Origin: an uncultured delta proteobacterium
GTDB taxonomy: Bacteria > Myxococcota_A > Polyangia > Fen-1088
Direction of reading: 5' to 3'
Length of the DNA: 64,000 bases
NCBI GenBank assembly: GCA_963737265.1
Contig: CAVTRY010000011.1
Location: 704,001 to 768,000, forward strand
Below are positions 29,781-40,650 of the stretch, piece by piece. How positions within the stretch are numbered: the stretch's first letter is position 1; every line of letters begins with the position of its first letter. The notes under the pieces are model-generated. The model worked only from the letters and a program-made list of their open reading frames with translations, was not told the origin of the DNA and did not search any database. A program made the translations under genes and the position numbers.

Positions 29781-31484
29781 ATGAGCAACGCTGTTTCGCT
29801 GAACACAAATGGAGCCCCTGGCCCGCTGCCCCTCGGCACTGTCGTTGGTGGCCGGTTCCAAATCAAGGCATTCACCCTCGCCGAAGCAGGGACCGAGCTG
29901 TATCAGGCGGTCGATATCCGCGACAACAATCCGGCGTCGCTACGACTGTTCCCTTGCCCGGCGTCGGTGCGCCCCGTCCTGGAAAGCGATCTCGCCTTAG
30001 CGGCGACGATCGCGCATAAGAATCTCGTCGCTCTCCTGGCGTGGGGCTACGACAGCGATCGCGTCTACGTCGCTAGCGAGCCGCTGGAGGGCGCAACCTT
30101 CCGCCAAATCATCAATGCGCGAAAAGAGCAGAATCAGGTAGTTGGCCTGTCCCACGGGCACGTCCTACTCGGGCACGCCGCCAACGGCCTGGAGGCCGCT
30201 TATGGCCAATTGTGCCACGGTGGCGTTCATCCCAGCGACATCCGGCTGAGCGATTCCGGCCGAATCAAGGTGGCCAACCTCGGCCTGACCCGCGCTTTGC
30301 CCATGCTGGCAAAGGATCACGCCCGTGCTGACGGCGTCAGCCCCTACCTTGCTCCGGAGGTTGCCGCAGGCGCAGCGCCATCCCCCGCCGCAGATGTCTT
30401 TTCCCTTACCGCGATTCTGTACGAGCTCGTCACCGGCCACACGCCCGGATCGCCGCCCTGGCCAGCCAGCCAGGTGAATGGTGAGCTGCCCAAGGGTTTT
30501 GATCGCATTATAGACCGGGGCCTGGCGGCTTTGCCCGAGACGCGCTTTGCCCGCCCGTCCCAGTTGGTTGCCGAAATCGGGGCCTTGCTGGCCGCCAGCG
30601 CGGCCCCCAAACAAGACCCCATCGCGACTGCGCCGCGTCTCGCGCTCGGCAAGTCGTTTAGCGTCTCGGATGCCGTGCGCATTTCCGAGGAGTACGAGCG
30701 CTGGCTCATTCAAAAAGACAGCCTCGACTACGGTCCGTTCTCGCTGGCGCAAGTCATGGCCCAGATGGAGAAAGGCATTTTTGGTGCCGACGACTTCATC
30801 GTCGACGCCGATTCGGGTGACCGACAAAAGATCAAGGACCATCCCCAGCTTGCGGAATTCGCGCGCATCATGGAGCGCAAGTTAGAGGCGCAACGCCGCT
30901 CGCGCGCCGAGCAGGCCCACGAGCACGTCGAACGAAGGAAAATCCGCTGGACTCTTCTCATCATCGGCGCGGCGATCCTTGCAGTTGGCGGGGCACTTGC
31001 GTTCTATGTCATGAATCGCAAGGCGGCCGAGGTCGACGTGCTTGCCTCGCGTGTAAGCGAAGCCGATGTCGACAACTTCCTCAAAAGCGTGAAAATCGAG
31101 TTCGCCCAGCCCAAGCGCGCCGGAGCTGGGGGTCGCCGGAGCTCAGGTGGCGGCGTAGCCGGTCGGTCCGAGGATTTCGCCAACAACATGGATTTGGGCG
31201 ACGTCAGCAAGGATGGCGGCGACGCCATCTTGGATGAGGCCATCATCGACAAAGTCATGCGGGCCAACTATCGCAGGCTTGTCCCGTGCGTGATGCAGGG
31301 TGGCGTGCGCGCCATCGAGGTGGATTTCGTCGTTTCACCCTCCGGCGCAGTCCAAGGCGTCCAGGTCAACGGCCAGCGCAAAGGCGGCCTGCCAGGTTGC
31401 ATCCTGAAGCAGATGCAGTCCTTCGGGTTCCCGTCCTACAAGGGCAAGAAGACCATCGCCAGTTGGTCGATGTCGCTGCGCTAG
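29781..31484 (+). CDS. Ser/Thr pseudokinase - GYF_2 - TM - AgmX/TonB-C-like membrane protein
   Basis: Kinase C-lobe retained (PYLAPE, ADVFSL, YELVTG) but catalytic motifs lost. WLIQKDSLDYGPFSLAQV (GYF_2-like), TM WTLLIIGAAILAVGGALAFYV and C-terminal LVPCV..VDFVVSPSGAV..GCI..FGFP. Confidence 0.8.
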   Translation: MSNAVSLNTNGAPGPLPLGTVVGGRFQIKAFTLAEAGTELYQAVDIRDNNPASLRLFPCPASVRPVLESDLALAATIAHKNLVALLAWGYDSDRVYVASEPLEGATFRQIINARKEQNQVVGLSHGHVLLGHAANGLEAAYGQLCHGGVHPSDIRLSDSGRIKVANLGLTRALPMLAKDHARADGVSPYLAPEVAAGAAPSPAADVFSLTAILYELVTGHTPGSPPWPASQVNGELPKGFDRIIDRGLAALPETRFARPSQLVAEIGALLAASAAPKQDPIATAPRLALGKSFSVSDAVRISEEYERWLIQKDSLDYGPFSLAQVMAQMEKGIFGADDFIVDADSGDRQKIKDHPQLAEFARIMERKLEAQRRSRAEQAHEHVERRKIRWTLLIIGAAILAVGGALAFYVMNRKAAEVDVLASRVSEADVDNFLKSVKIEFAQPKRAGAGGRRSSGGGVAGRSEDFANNMDLGDVSKDGGDAILDEAIIDKVMRANYRRLVPCVMQGGVRAIEVDFVVSPSGAVQGVQVNGQRKGGLPGCILKQMQSFGFPSYKGKKTIASWSMSLR

Positions 31485-31766
31485 CTAGCGCCCGAAGCCG
31501 GTCATGTGCTCCTTCGCGGCCTGCGCGGGGCGGATGCGCACGCCAAGCACCAGATCGTAGGTGAACCAATAGTGCTCTGCTTTGGAAGTTTCGAGGCAGA
31601 GAGAGCTGTCCCGCGGATCGATCCTGACGACCTTTCCAACCTGAATCGTTTCGCCCGGGCACGCCACGAGAAAGGTGGCGTCCCGATCCTCGGGAACGGC
31701 GATTCCGTCGGTTCCAACCTTTAGCCGTTCCGCTTCCAGGGCAAGAAGAAGTGTTTCCTTGGTCAT
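31485..31766 (-). CDS. hypothetical protein (93 aa)
   Basis: MTKETLLLALEAE...HYWFTYDLVLGVRI...TGFGR. Last gene of the ftsH-nnr run. Confidence 0.65.
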   Translation of the reverse strand: MTKETLLLALEAERLKVGTDGIAVPEDRDATFLVACPGETIQVGKVVRIDPRDSSLCLETSKAEHYWFTYDLVLGVRIRPAQAAKEHMTGFGR

Positions 31767-31777
31767 GGCCGGAGAGT

Positions 31778-33343
31778 CTACACCCGCCGAAGCTCGTCGC
31801 ACGCCCGAGCAATGGCGTCGGGAAGATCCGTTGAAATAAGACACCGTGAGCCCAAGATTCGCGTCGCTATCTCGGCGGACGCGCCGTGCACAAACACGCC
31901 GGCGCATGCCGCATCCCTAGCACCGAGGCCCTGCGCCAAAAACGCCCCGATGACACCCGTGAGCACGTCGCCACTGCCAGCCGTGCCAAGAGAAGCATTG
32001 GCAGTCGGGTTCACGAACGCCGTACCATCCGGACAAGCGACGATGGTGCGAGCGCCTTTCAGCACGACCACGGCGCCACACCGGGAAGCAAGCCGGCGAG
32101 CGAGGCCCAGGCGATCCTTCTGGACGTCGGACGTCGTGCAGCCGCATAGCCTTGCCATCTCCCCGGGGTGCGGCGTGAGAATGCGGGCCGCGCTTGCCCT
32201 GGCCACGCTCGGCCCGGCGCCGGTGCCAAGCAGATTGAGAGCGTCTGCGTCGACGACCAACGGAAGCGCAAGCTCGGCAACGAGGCGGTGAACGAGCGCG
32301 GACATGCCTTCCCCCGTGGGTATTCCGGGGCCGACCACCGCCGCTCGCATGCGCGCCGCCTGCTCTACGAGGGTGGCAAAGCTTGCCTCATCGGCATCGT
32401 TTCCCTGTCCATAGGCGCAAGTCATCTCGGAAACAACCTTGGCGTCGAGCGCGGATTGCGCTGCGGCCGCCGCTGCGACCGTCACCAAACCCGCACCCGC
32501 GCGCAAGGCGCCGCGCGCGGACAGCAGCGCAGCCCCAGTTTTCCCCACCGAGCCGGCAATGACCAGAAGGTGGCCAGCGGTACCCTTGTGACCAGTCGGC
32601 CCGCGCGCCGGCAGCACGTCCGAGATTGCCTCGCGTTCCAGCCAGTGGCAAAGCGACCCCTGTTCGCATGCCGCCGCCAAGACGCTCTCGGCCGCCACGC
32701 CCAAGTCGACGACTTCGACCCGACCGACTGGGGCATCGGCATCGAGCACGAGCCCAAGCTTTCTGCAGCCCATAGTGGCCGTGACGTGGGCCTTCACCAC
32801 GCAGCCGTGTACGGCGCCGGTGTCGGCATCGAGCCCGGAAGGAAGGTCGATGGCAACCCGCAATGCATTCGTCGCATTCATTCCGGCGATGGCCGCGGCG
32901 GGCGCACCTGCAACTTGCGCCCGCAGGCCGGTCCCGAAAATTGCATCGACGATCACGGCCGCTCCGCCGAGCTGCGCCTGCCACACACCCGCATCGCTCT
33001 CCGACGACAAATCGCGGACACCGTCAAGCGCCAATGTTTGAAAGACCTTGGCGAACACCGCCGCGTCGCCGGTGATTTTCTCGGCAGGCAAGGCGAGAAA
33101 TACCCGGACCTTGGCGCCCCGTCCCAGTAGGTGGCGAGCCGCCACAAAGCCGTCGCCACCGTTCTGGCCGGCGCCGCACACGACGCGCACGTCGAGACCG
33201 GCGATGTCCGGACGTTCACGCTCGACGATGTCCGCCACGCCGCGCCCCGCGTTTTCCATGAGCACGAGCCCGGGCAGCCCCAGCCGGTCGATGACGGCTC
33301 TATCGACGGCCCGCGTCTGGGCTGTGGTCAGCAAGAGCGCCAT
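31778..33343 (-). CDS. nnr: bifunctional NAD(P)H-hydrate epimerase/dehydratase
   Basis: LMENAG, CGAGQNGGDGFVAAR, DAIFGTGL, DLPSG; HKGTAG, GAGLV, VVDADALN, LTPHPGEMARL, VLKGA, GSGDVLTG. Confidence 0.96.
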   Translation of the reverse strand: MALLLTTAQTRAVDRAVIDRLGLPGLVLMENAGRGVADIVERERPDIAGLDVRVVCGAGQNGGDGFVAARHLLGRGAKVRVFLALPAEKITGDAAVFAKVFQTLALDGVRDLSSESDAGVWQAQLGGAAVIVDAIFGTGLRAQVAGAPAAAIAGMNATNALRVAIDLPSGLDADTGAVHGCVVKAHVTATMGCRKLGLVLDADAPVGRVEVVDLGVAAESVLAAACEQGSLCHWLEREAISDVLPARGPTGHKGTAGHLLVIAGSVGKTGAALLSARGALRAGAGLVTVAAAAAAQSALDAKVVSEMTCAYGQGNDADEASFATLVEQAARMRAAVVGPGIPTGEGMSALVHRLVAELALPLVVDADALNLLGTGAGPSVARASAARILTPHPGEMARLCGCTTSDVQKDRLGLARRLASRCGAVVVLKGARTIVACPDGTAFVNPTANASLGTAGSGDVLTGVIGAFLAQGLGARDAACAGVFVHGASAEIATRILGSRCLISTDLPDAIARACDELRRV

Positions 33344-33353
33344 GGTGCGAATT

Positions 33354-34097
33354 CTACTCGCGGCCGGCGCCGCGCGCACCTGCGTCGATGGCCGCGCGCA
33401 TGTCGAGCACCGCTCGTTCCATTCCCACCATCACCGCCCGCGCGACCAGCGCGTGACCAATGCTCATCTCTTCCAAACCAGCCAGCGCCGCCACCGGCCC
33501 GACGTTGGCATAGTCGAGGCCATGGCCCGCGGCCAAGCGAAGTCCGGTATCGACAACGATTCGGCCGGCCTTCTCCAGGCGAGCCAGTTCGCGAGTGGAT
33601 TCCTGCGTACCGAGTTTGGTGTGACAATAGTCGCCCGTGTGCAATTCGGCTTGCGTCGCTCCGAGGTCGACACAGGCGCGCGCGCTCGTCTCGTCGGGAT
33701 CGATAAACAGGCTCACGCCGATGCCGGCATCGTGTAAAATCCGCACTGTTTTGGCTATTTCGGTCGCGCGACCGCGCACATCGAGCCCGCCCTCGGTGGT
33801 CTGCTCCTCGCGTTTCTCCGGCACCAGGGTGCACATATCGGGACCGACCTGAACGGCAATATCCACGATGGACGGCACCATCGCCATTTCCAGGTTGAGC
33901 GAGCCACGTACCGTCTTGCGCAGGATGCGCACGTCGCGTTCTTGAATGTGGCGGCGATCTTCGCGCAGGTGGACCGTGATTCCGTCGGCGCCAGCCAATT
34001 CGCAGATACCAGCCGCGATGACCGGATCGGGATAGATGGTATCGCGTTGCTGGCGCAGGGTCGCGACGTGGTCGACGTTGATGAAAAGGCGAACCAT
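33354..34097 (-). CDS. pdxJ: pyridoxine 5'-phosphate synthase
   Basis: NVDHVATLRQ, GITVHLREDRRHIQ, LNLEM, LVPEKREEQTTEGGLD, VSLFID, ELHTG, AGHGLDY, SIGH. Confidence 0.98.
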   Translation of the reverse strand: MVRLFINVDHVATLRQQRDTIYPDPVIAAGICELAGADGITVHLREDRRHIQERDVRILRKTVRGSLNLEMAMVPSIVDIAVQVGPDMCTLVPEKREEQTTEGGLDVRGRATEIAKTVRILHDAGIGVSLFIDPDETSARACVDLGATQAELHTGDYCHTKLGTQESTRELARLEKAGRIVVDTGLRLAAGHGLDYANVGPVAALAGLEEMSIGHALVARAVMVGMERAVLDMRAAIDAGARGAGRE

Positions 34098-34108
34098 GAA
34101 AACTCCCT

Positions 34109-35488
34109 TCAAATTGACGCGTACTTGTCCACCGCTTTGCGCATGACTTCGGCGATTTCCTCGGCGTAGGCACGGATGAGCGTTTCGTCGGCGCCCTCGA
34201 TCATAACCCGAGCTTTGGTCTCGGTGCCGGAGTAGCGAACCAGCACGCGGCCATCCTTGCCGAGCGCCTTTTCAACCATCGCGATGACGGCTTGAACAGC
34301 GGGCAGGTCTTCGACGGGCACCTTGCGTGGAACGCGGAAGTTGATTAGCACCTGTGGGTAGCGGGTCATCAACTTCGCAAGGTCGGAAAGAGGTCGCCCC
34401 TCCTGAACCATGACCGAAAGAACCTGCAACGCCGCCAGCAGGCCGTCGCCGGTTGTTGACTCCTGCAAAAAAACGATGTGCCCCGATTGCTCACCGCCGA
34501 AGGCGTAGCCGCCCGCCCGCATGGCTTCGACAACGTATCGATCACCGACCGCAGTTCGCAACAGTATGCCCTGTGTAGCGGCCAAGGCCCGTTCGAGCCC
34601 CAGATTCGACATCACCGTGGCCACCACCGTATTGCCGACCAACTTTCTCTGCGCGATGAAGCGCGTGCCAAGAATGGCCAGGATCTGATCGCCGTCGACG
34701 ATATCCCCCCGTTCATCGGTCAGGATCACGCGGTCGGCGTCTCCGTCGAGAGCGATGCCGATAGATGCGTGCGTCCGGCGGACCTCGGCCGCCACCTTGT
34801 CGGGATGAAGTGCGCCGCACCCATCATTAATATTGCGGCCGTTCGGTTCGACCGACAGTGGAGTGACCTCTGCGCCAAGCTCCTCGAACACTTGCGGCGC
34901 GGCCCGGTAGGCCGCCCCATTGGCACAATCCACCACGATGCGAATGCCGTCGAGGGTGCGATCTTTGGGAAAGGTGTTCTTGATGAACTGCACGTAGCGG
35001 CCTTCGGCGTCGTCGAGCCGAACCGCCTTGCCAATCCTGGGCTCGGGCCCAGGCGTGAGCGGTTCAGGATTGGTCATACGCCGCTCGATTTCGGCTTCGA
35101 TGTCGTCGGCCAACTTGAAGCCATCGGGTCCGAAAATCTTGATACCGTTGTCCTGAAACGGGTTGTGGGACGCGCTGATGACCACGCCGGCATCGGCGCG
35201 CATGCTGGCCGTGATGAAGGCGATGGCCGGGGTTGGCAGGGGCCCGACCAACATGACGTCGGCGCCGGCCGAGACGATGCCAGCCTCAAGCGCGCTCTCG
35301 AACATGTAGCCGGACAGACGCGTGTCCTTGCCGATCACCACGCGACAGCGCTTATCTCGCTGGCGAAAGTGTTCGGCCACGGATCGGCCCAGGCTGAGCG
35401 CCACCTCCGCGGTCATGGGAAACTGATTGGCGACACCGCGGATGCCGTCGGTGCCGAAAAGTCGTCGCTCGAGCTTGGTCTCAGCCAT
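34109..35488 (-). CDS. glmM: phosphoglucosamine mutase
   Basis: [54 protein letters not shown]. Confidence 0.98.
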   Translation of the reverse strand: MAETKLERRLFGTDGIRGVANQFPMTAEVALSLGRSVAEHFRQRDKRCRVVIGKDTRLSGYMFESALEAGIVSAGADVMLVGPLPTPAIAFITASMRADAGVVISASHNPFQDNGIKIFGPDGFKLADDIEAEIERRMTNPEPLTPGPEPRIGKAVRLDDAEGRYVQFIKNTFPKDRTLDGIRIVVDCANGAAYRAAPQVFEELGAEVTPLSVEPNGRNINDGCGALHPDKVAAEVRRTHASIGIALDGDADRVILTDERGDIVDGDQILAILGTRFIAQRKLVGNTVVATVMSNLGLERALAATQGILLRTAVGDRYVVEAMRAGGYAFGGEQSGHIVFLQESTTGDGLLAALQVLSVMVQEGRPLSDLAKLMTRYPQVLINFRVPRKVPVEDLPAVQAVIAMVEKALGKDGRVLVRYSGTETKARVMIEGADETLIRAYAEEIAEVMRKAVDKYASI

Positions 35489-36332
35489 GGCGCCGCACAT
35501 TGTAGTGCTTTTCGTGGTGCTTTTCGGCTCCAAAACGAACGCTTGCAATGGCCTCGGCCACGCGAACTACGTCGCGCATCTCCTTCACGTCGTGTACCCG
35601 CACCGCCTCGGCTCCGCCCAGAACCGCGCTTGCCACCGCCGCCGCCGTGCCGAAAATCCGCAACGCCACCGGCTGACCGGTGAGATCGCCGATAAACCGC
35701 TTGCGCGAAACGCCCACCATCAGCGGTACGCCAAGGCGAGCGCGAAGAGTGGCAAGACTGCCCAGCAACTGAAGGTTGTGCCGAGCTTCCTTGCCAAAGC
35801 CGATGCCGGGGTCGGCCCAAATTTCCCCGCAGCCCGTCGCGCGCGCGACCGCGATGCGCCCGCCAAGCTCGGTGGCGACTTCGCCAACCACGTCGTCGAA
35901 ATGGACGTTGGCCATCATGGTGGCCGGGCGACCGCGCAAATGTCCGAGGACGATCGCCGCCCCCACGTTCGCCGCGACCGCGACAACGGCGGGATCCATC
36001 GCGCCCCCGGAAATATCGTTGACCACGGTCGCGCCCGCTGCGAGAGCGGCGCGTGCAGTGCCCGATTTGTAGGTGTCGATCGAAATTCGAGCGCGCCCCG
36101 CAAGCCTCTTCGCCAGATCCTCGATGATGGGAACCACGCGCCGGATCTCCTCGGCCTCGGAAACCGGCTCGGCATTCGGACGCGTCGACTCGCCGCCTAC
36201 GTCGATCCACTGTGCGCCAGCGTCGGCCATAGCCAGCCCGGCGACCACCGCGCTTTCCACCGTCGCAAACTGGCCGCCGTCGGAAAACGAGTCCGGGGTG
36301 AGGTTGAGAACTCCCGCGATGATGACCGGCAT
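35481..36332 (-). CDS. folP: dihydropteroate synthase
   Basis: [52 protein letters not shown]. Confidence 0.97.
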   Translation of the reverse strand: MPVIIAGVLNLTPDSFSDGGQFATVESAVVAGLAMADAGAQWIDVGGESTRPNAEPVSEAEEIRRVVPIIEDLAKRLAGRARISIDTYKSGTARAALAAGATVVNDISGGAMDPAVVAVAANVGAAIVLGHLRGRPATMMANVHFDDVVGEVATELGGRIAVARATGCGEIWADPGIGFGKEARHNLQLLGSLATLRARLGVPLMVGVSRKRFIGDLTGQPVALRIFGTAAAVASAVLGGAEAVRVHDVKEMRDVVRVAEAIASVRFGAEKHHEKHYNVRRHG

Positions 36333-36348
36333 GACGCCGTCTGTGCGG

Positions 36349-38292
36349 CTAAGCCTTTTCGGGTGTGGGCGACGGAATGGGTGGAAAAGATCCGGAACTC
36401 TCCGCCCGCTGCGCCTTGAGCTGTTCGGAGCTCTTGGAAAGACTGGGGAAGGTCGCGACCGCCGGCGTGTTGTCGAGCTTGCCCCCCGACAGCACGACGT
36501 CGATGTCGGCAGCGTCCAGGGTTTCTTTTTCAAGCAAAGCCTCGGCTAGAAGCTTGAGCTTGTCGAGGTTGTTCACGACGATCATCTTCGCGCGCTCGTA
36601 ATTTTCCATGACGATGCGCCGGATCTCGGCGTCGATCTCGCGCGCGGTCTGTTCGCTGTACTCTTTGTGCTCGACGAAGTCGCGGCCCAAGAACACCATC
36701 TCGTCGTTGCGTCCGAAGTGAAGCGGACCCATTTTTTCCGACATGCCCCATTCGCAAACCATCTTGCGGGCAAGGTCGGTTGCGGTGTGGATGTCGTTGG
36801 AGGCACCGGTGGTGATTTGACCGAAGACCAACTCCTCGGCGACGCGCCCGCCCATCGCGACGGCGATCTGGTCGTTGGCCAGATCCTTCGAGACGTTGAG
36901 GCGATCCTCCACCGGCAGCTGCTGGGTTAGCCCGAGCGCCCGGCCGCGGGGGATAATCGTCACCTTGTGCACGGGATCCGACCCCTTCATCATCTTGCCC
37001 ACCAGCGCATGCCCGCCTTCGTGGTACGCGGTCACGCGTTTGTCTTTGTCGCTGATAATGAGCGATCGCCGCTCGGGCCCCATCAAGACCTTGTCCTTGG
37101 CCTGTTCGAAGTCGTGACGGTCGAGCTGATCCTTGTCGCCGCGAGCGGCCAGCAGGGCAGCCTCGTTGACCAGGTTCTCCAGATCGGCGCCGGAAAAGCC
37201 CGGCGTTCCCCGCGCGACCACGTCGAGATCGACGTTGTTTGCCATCGGGGTTTTCTTGGTGTGGACCTTGAGGATGCCCGCCCGCCCCTTCACGTCGGGC
37301 TGTGGCACCACGATACGCCGGTCGAATCGGCCGGGACGGAGAAGAGCCGGATCGAGGACATCGGGCCGGTTGGTGGCCGCGATGAGAATGACGCCGTCGT
37401 TGGACTCGAAACCGTCCATCTCGACCAGCAGCTGATTCAGCGTCTGTTCGCGTTCGTCGTGGCCACCGCCGAGGCCCGCGCCGCGATGGCGCCCAACCGC
37501 ATCGATTTCGTCGATAAAGATAATGCAGGGTGCGTTCTTCTTGCCCTGTTCGAACAGGTCGCGTACGCGACTCGCCCCGACGCCGACGAACATCTCGACG
37601 AAGTCCGAGCCGGAGATCGAATAGAACGGAACCCCAGCCTCGCCGGCGATAGCACGCGCCAGCAACGTCTTGCCCGTCCCGGGCGGTCCCATCATTAGAA
37701 CGCCCTTGGGAATGCGGCCACCCAAACGCGTGAATTTCTTTGGATCCCTGAGGAAGGCTATGATCTCCTCGACCTCGTCCTTGGCCTCCTCGATACCGGC
37801 CACATCCGCGAAGGTGATCTTCTTTTGGTTCTCGGACAGAAGCTTCGCCTTGGACTTGCCGAAGCTCATGGCCTTGCCGCCGCCCACTTGCAGCTGGCGC
37901 ATAAAGAGCAGAAACACCACCGCGACGACGAGAATGGGCAGCCAAGTGATGAGGATCTGTTGCCAGAATCCGCCCTCGCTCTCGCGCACGATCTTGTACG
38001 ACATCCCGGCTTTGTTCAGCTTCTCAAGCATCTGCTCGCCGATGAAGCCGGTCGTGACGAAGGCCTCATCGTTCTTCTTGAGCGTTCCCCGGAACTCGGC
38101 GTGGTTGCCGTTCATGCGGATTTCAAGCGGCGGCGCCGTCTTGAAATCGCCTGGCGACTTTTCGACCTTCTGGATGAAATCCGAGAACGTCAGTTGTTGT
38201 TCGACTTGTCGTGGGTTGATGAGCTGCCAAACGACGATGAAAGCGAAGATCATCATCACCCAAACGAGCACCGTCTTGTGGCTGTTACGCAC
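36349..38292 (-). CDS. ftsH: ATP-dependent zinc metalloprotease FtsH
   Basis: Two TM segments, [24 protein letters not shown] and HEGGH zinc motif. Confidence 0.99.
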   Translation of the reverse strand: MRNSHKTVLVWVMMIFAFIVVWQLINPRQVEQQLTFSDFIQKVEKSPGDFKTAPPLEIRMNGNHAEFRGTLKKNDEAFVTTGFIGEQMLEKLNKAGMSYKIVRESEGGFWQQILITWLPILVVAVVFLLFMRQLQVGGGKAMSFGKSKAKLLSENQKKITFADVAGIEEAKDEVEEIIAFLRDPKKFTRLGGRIPKGVLMMGPPGTGKTLLARAIAGEAGVPFYSISGSDFVEMFVGVGASRVRDLFEQGKKNAPCIIFIDEIDAVGRHRGAGLGGGHDEREQTLNQLLVEMDGFESNDGVILIAATNRPDVLDPALLRPGRFDRRIVVPQPDVKGRAGILKVHTKKTPMANNVDLDVVARGTPGFSGADLENLVNEAALLAARGDKDQLDRHDFEQAKDKVLMGPERRSLIISDKDKRVTAYHEGGHALVGKMMKGSDPVHKVTIIPRGRALGLTQQLPVEDRLNVSKDLANDQIAVAMGGRVAEELVFGQITTGASNDIHTATDLARKMVCEWGMSEKMGPLHFGRNDEMVFLGRDFVEHKEYSEQTAREIDAEIRRIVMENYERAKMIVVNNLDKLKLLAEALLEKETLDAADIDVVLSGGKLDNTPAVATFPSLSKSSEQLKAQRAESSGSFPPIPSPTPEKA

Positions 38293-38346
38293 TCGGTTTC
38301 CTTTTAGCAGGTTGTACTCAAGATATTGACACCAAAAGGGTGGTCG

Positions 38347-39600
38347 TCAACGCGCCACCCGGACCTCAAACCATTCAACCGTGCTTTCGTCGGGACGTCC
38401 GGCTTGCGACGGCCGCAGTCCAGGAACGAAGAGAATCTCCCCGGCAGCGTCGCAAAGGGCAGGAAGTCTTGCTCTTTCTTGCTGTGGAATCTTGGCGTCG
38501 ATGAGCAAGTCGGAAAGTTTTCGCGTGCCAAGGCCGGAACGCGGCGACATGCGATCGCCCGGCCGCAGCGTGCGCAAAACGAACGGCCAGCGGACCTTCC
38601 TCGTGTCAAAGCACGCCCCCTTCCCGCCAGGACGGAGCCCCGCAACAGGCGACGCGATTTCAATCGCTGGCGCGGGAGGGTGGAAAAGACGATAGGTGCC
38701 GGGCGCAAAAATGGTCTGCGCACGCTCGCCGCTCCCTTCTTCCGTCGCGGCCGAAGGACTCGGCCGCCAAGCGATTTTTCCGTAGGCGACCACAATTTCT
38801 CCGTTCTTGACGGCTATCCTGCGCGAGCCGCGCCCGTCGCGAACCAATCTCGCCACACTCTCCACCACTCGCCTCGGCAAAAATAGGCCCGCAGGCAGCG
38901 CCTCCCGCCACGCTGTGGTCCGCCCCGCGGCCCGAGCCTCGCGCGCGAGGGCCAGCAGCGCCTCGACGACGCGGGGATTCTCGTTCGCCAGCATGGGAAG
39001 AACGTCGTGGCGAATGCGGGATCGGGAGTATCGCCGATTGGCGTTCGATGGATCGGACACGAACTCGATCTTGTGCTTGGCGAGATAGCCAAGGAGCTCC
39101 GAGCGCCTCACGTCGAGCAAAGGACGAATGAACGGTCCGCGTCGGTAGGGAATCCCGGCCAGGCCTGCGATGCCCGTCCCACGCACGATGCGGAACAGCA
39201 CCGTTTCAGCCTGGTCGTCCGCCGTGTGCCCGAGCGCGATCTTGGCGCAGCCGAGGCGCGCAGCCGCTGCCTCTAAGGCAGCGAGGCGAACATTGCGCGC
39301 GGCCTCTTGCAACGAAACGTGCGCTCGGCGCGCTTGCTTCACGTCGACCGCCAGCACCTCGCAACCCGGGCCAAGCTGGCGGCAGCGCAAGCTGACCGTT
39401 TGTGCCTCGTTCGCCGATTCCGGCCGCAGGCCGTGGTCGATGCACGCCGCGGCCAGCTCGATATCGAGCCGCGACGAAAGGCAAACGAGAGCGTGAAGAA
39501 GCGCGGTGGAGTCAGGTCCACCCGATAGGGCGACGAGCACGCGATCGCCGGCCGCCAACAAGTCATGCTCGCGGATGGTGCGCAGGACAGAAGACAGCAC
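38347..39600 (-). CDS. tilS: tRNA(Ile)-lysidine synthetase
   Basis: ALSGGPDSTALL, DHGLR, GHTADDQAET, IRPLL, DPSN, RIRH and C-terminal KLSDLLIDAKIP. Confidence 0.96.
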   Translation of the reverse strand: MLSSVLRTIREHDLLAAGDRVLVALSGGPDSTALLHALVCLSSRLDIELAAACIDHGLRPESANEAQTVSLRCRQLGPGCEVLAVDVKQARRAHVSLQEAARNVRLAALEAAAARLGCAKIALGHTADDQAETVLFRIVRGTGIAGLAGIPYRRGPFIRPLLDVRRSELLGYLAKHKIEFVSDPSNANRRYSRSRIRHDVLPMLANENPRVVEALLALAREARAAGRTTAWREALPAGLFLPRRVVESVARLVRDGRGSRRIAVKNGEIVVAYGKIAWRPSPSAATEEGSGERAQTIFAPGTYRLFHPPAPAIEIASPVAGLRPGGKGACFDTRKVRWPFVLRTLRPGDRMSPRSGLGTRKLSDLLIDAKIPQQERARLPALCDAAGEILFVPGLRPSQAGRPDESTVEWFEVRVAR

Positions 39601-39628
39601 AGCTCGATCCTAGCAGCCACGCGGGCGG

Positions 39629-40642
39629 TCACGCCCCCAAGGCGCGGGCGATGTAATAGGTGATCGCGCTGATGGCGGCGGACGCCGGAATGGTGAAAAT
39701 CCACGCCCAGACGATTCGTCCGGCCACGCCCCAACGGACACTTCCAGGTCGCGAAACCGAACCGACACCGACGATGGCCCCGGTGATGGTGTGGGTCGTC
39801 GATACCGGTATGCCGAGCATGGTCGCGACGAAGATTGCCACCGAGCCGCCAGTCTCGGCACAGAACCCGCCGAACGGTCGCAGCTTGGTCAGGCGCATGC
39901 CCATCGTTCGTACAATCCGCCAGCCGCCCGACATGGTGCCGAGCCCCATGGCAAGATAACAGCCCAGCACGATCCATTTGGGAATCTGATGGCCGGTCGG
40001 GAAGTGGTCGCCGAGGTAGCCCTGCGAGTAAAGGAGCACGACGATGATCCCCATCGTCTTTTGCGCGTCGTTGCCGCCGTGATTGAGGCTGAACGCCGCT
40101 GCCGACACCAGCTGCAGGCGGCGAAACCAGCGATCGACCTTGCCTGGATTCACCCTGCGCAGCAGCCACGAGCACGCGATCATCATGATCGCCGAGCCGA
40201 CATATCCTATCACCGGCGAGACAATGATGAAGAGCGCGGTGCTGCTGATCTTGCTCCAACCGAGGATGCTGAGCCCTGCCTTGGAAACGCCGGCGCCGAT
40301 GAGTCCCCCGACGAGAGCGTGCGACGAGCTGGACGGCAGCCCCCACCACCACGTGAGCAGGTTCCAGGCGATGGCACCACCCAGAGCGCCGATCGTCACG
40401 GCCATGTCCACGATGCGCGGATCGATGATGCCCTTGCCGATGGTCCCGGCGACGTGAAGGTCGAAGGCGGCGAACGCTACGAAGTTGAAGAAAGCGGCCC
40501 ACAGCACGGCCTGGAAGGGCGTAAGCACACGGGTCGAAACCACGGTGGCGATGGAATTCGCCGCGTCGTGGAAGCCGTTGATGAAGTCGAAGATGAAGGC
40601 GGCGGCCACCACCACCATGACGAGAACGAGCTTGTGGTCCAC
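39629..40642 (-). CDS. inorganic phosphate transporter (PiT family)
   Basis: FDFINGFHDAANSIATVVSTR, GLPSSSSHALVGG, HGGNDAQKTMG, GGWRIVRTMG, PVSTTH. Confidence 0.96.
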   Translation of the reverse strand: MDHKLVLVMVVVAAAFIFDFINGFHDAANSIATVVSTRVLTPFQAVLWAAFFNFVAFAAFDLHVAGTIGKGIIDPRIVDMAVTIGALGGAIAWNLLTWWWGLPSSSSHALVGGLIGAGVSKAGLSILGWSKISSTALFIIVSPVIGYVGSAIMMIACSWLLRRVNPGKVDRWFRRLQLVSAAAFSLNHGGNDAQKTMGIIVVLLYSQGYLGDHFPTGHQIPKWIVLGCYLAMGLGTMSGGWRIVRTMGMRLTKLRPFGGFCAETGGSVAIFVATMLGIPVSTTHTITGAIVGVGSVSRPGSVRWGVAGRIVWAWIFTIPASAAISAITYYIARALGA

Positions 40643-40650
40643 GGCCCCTT

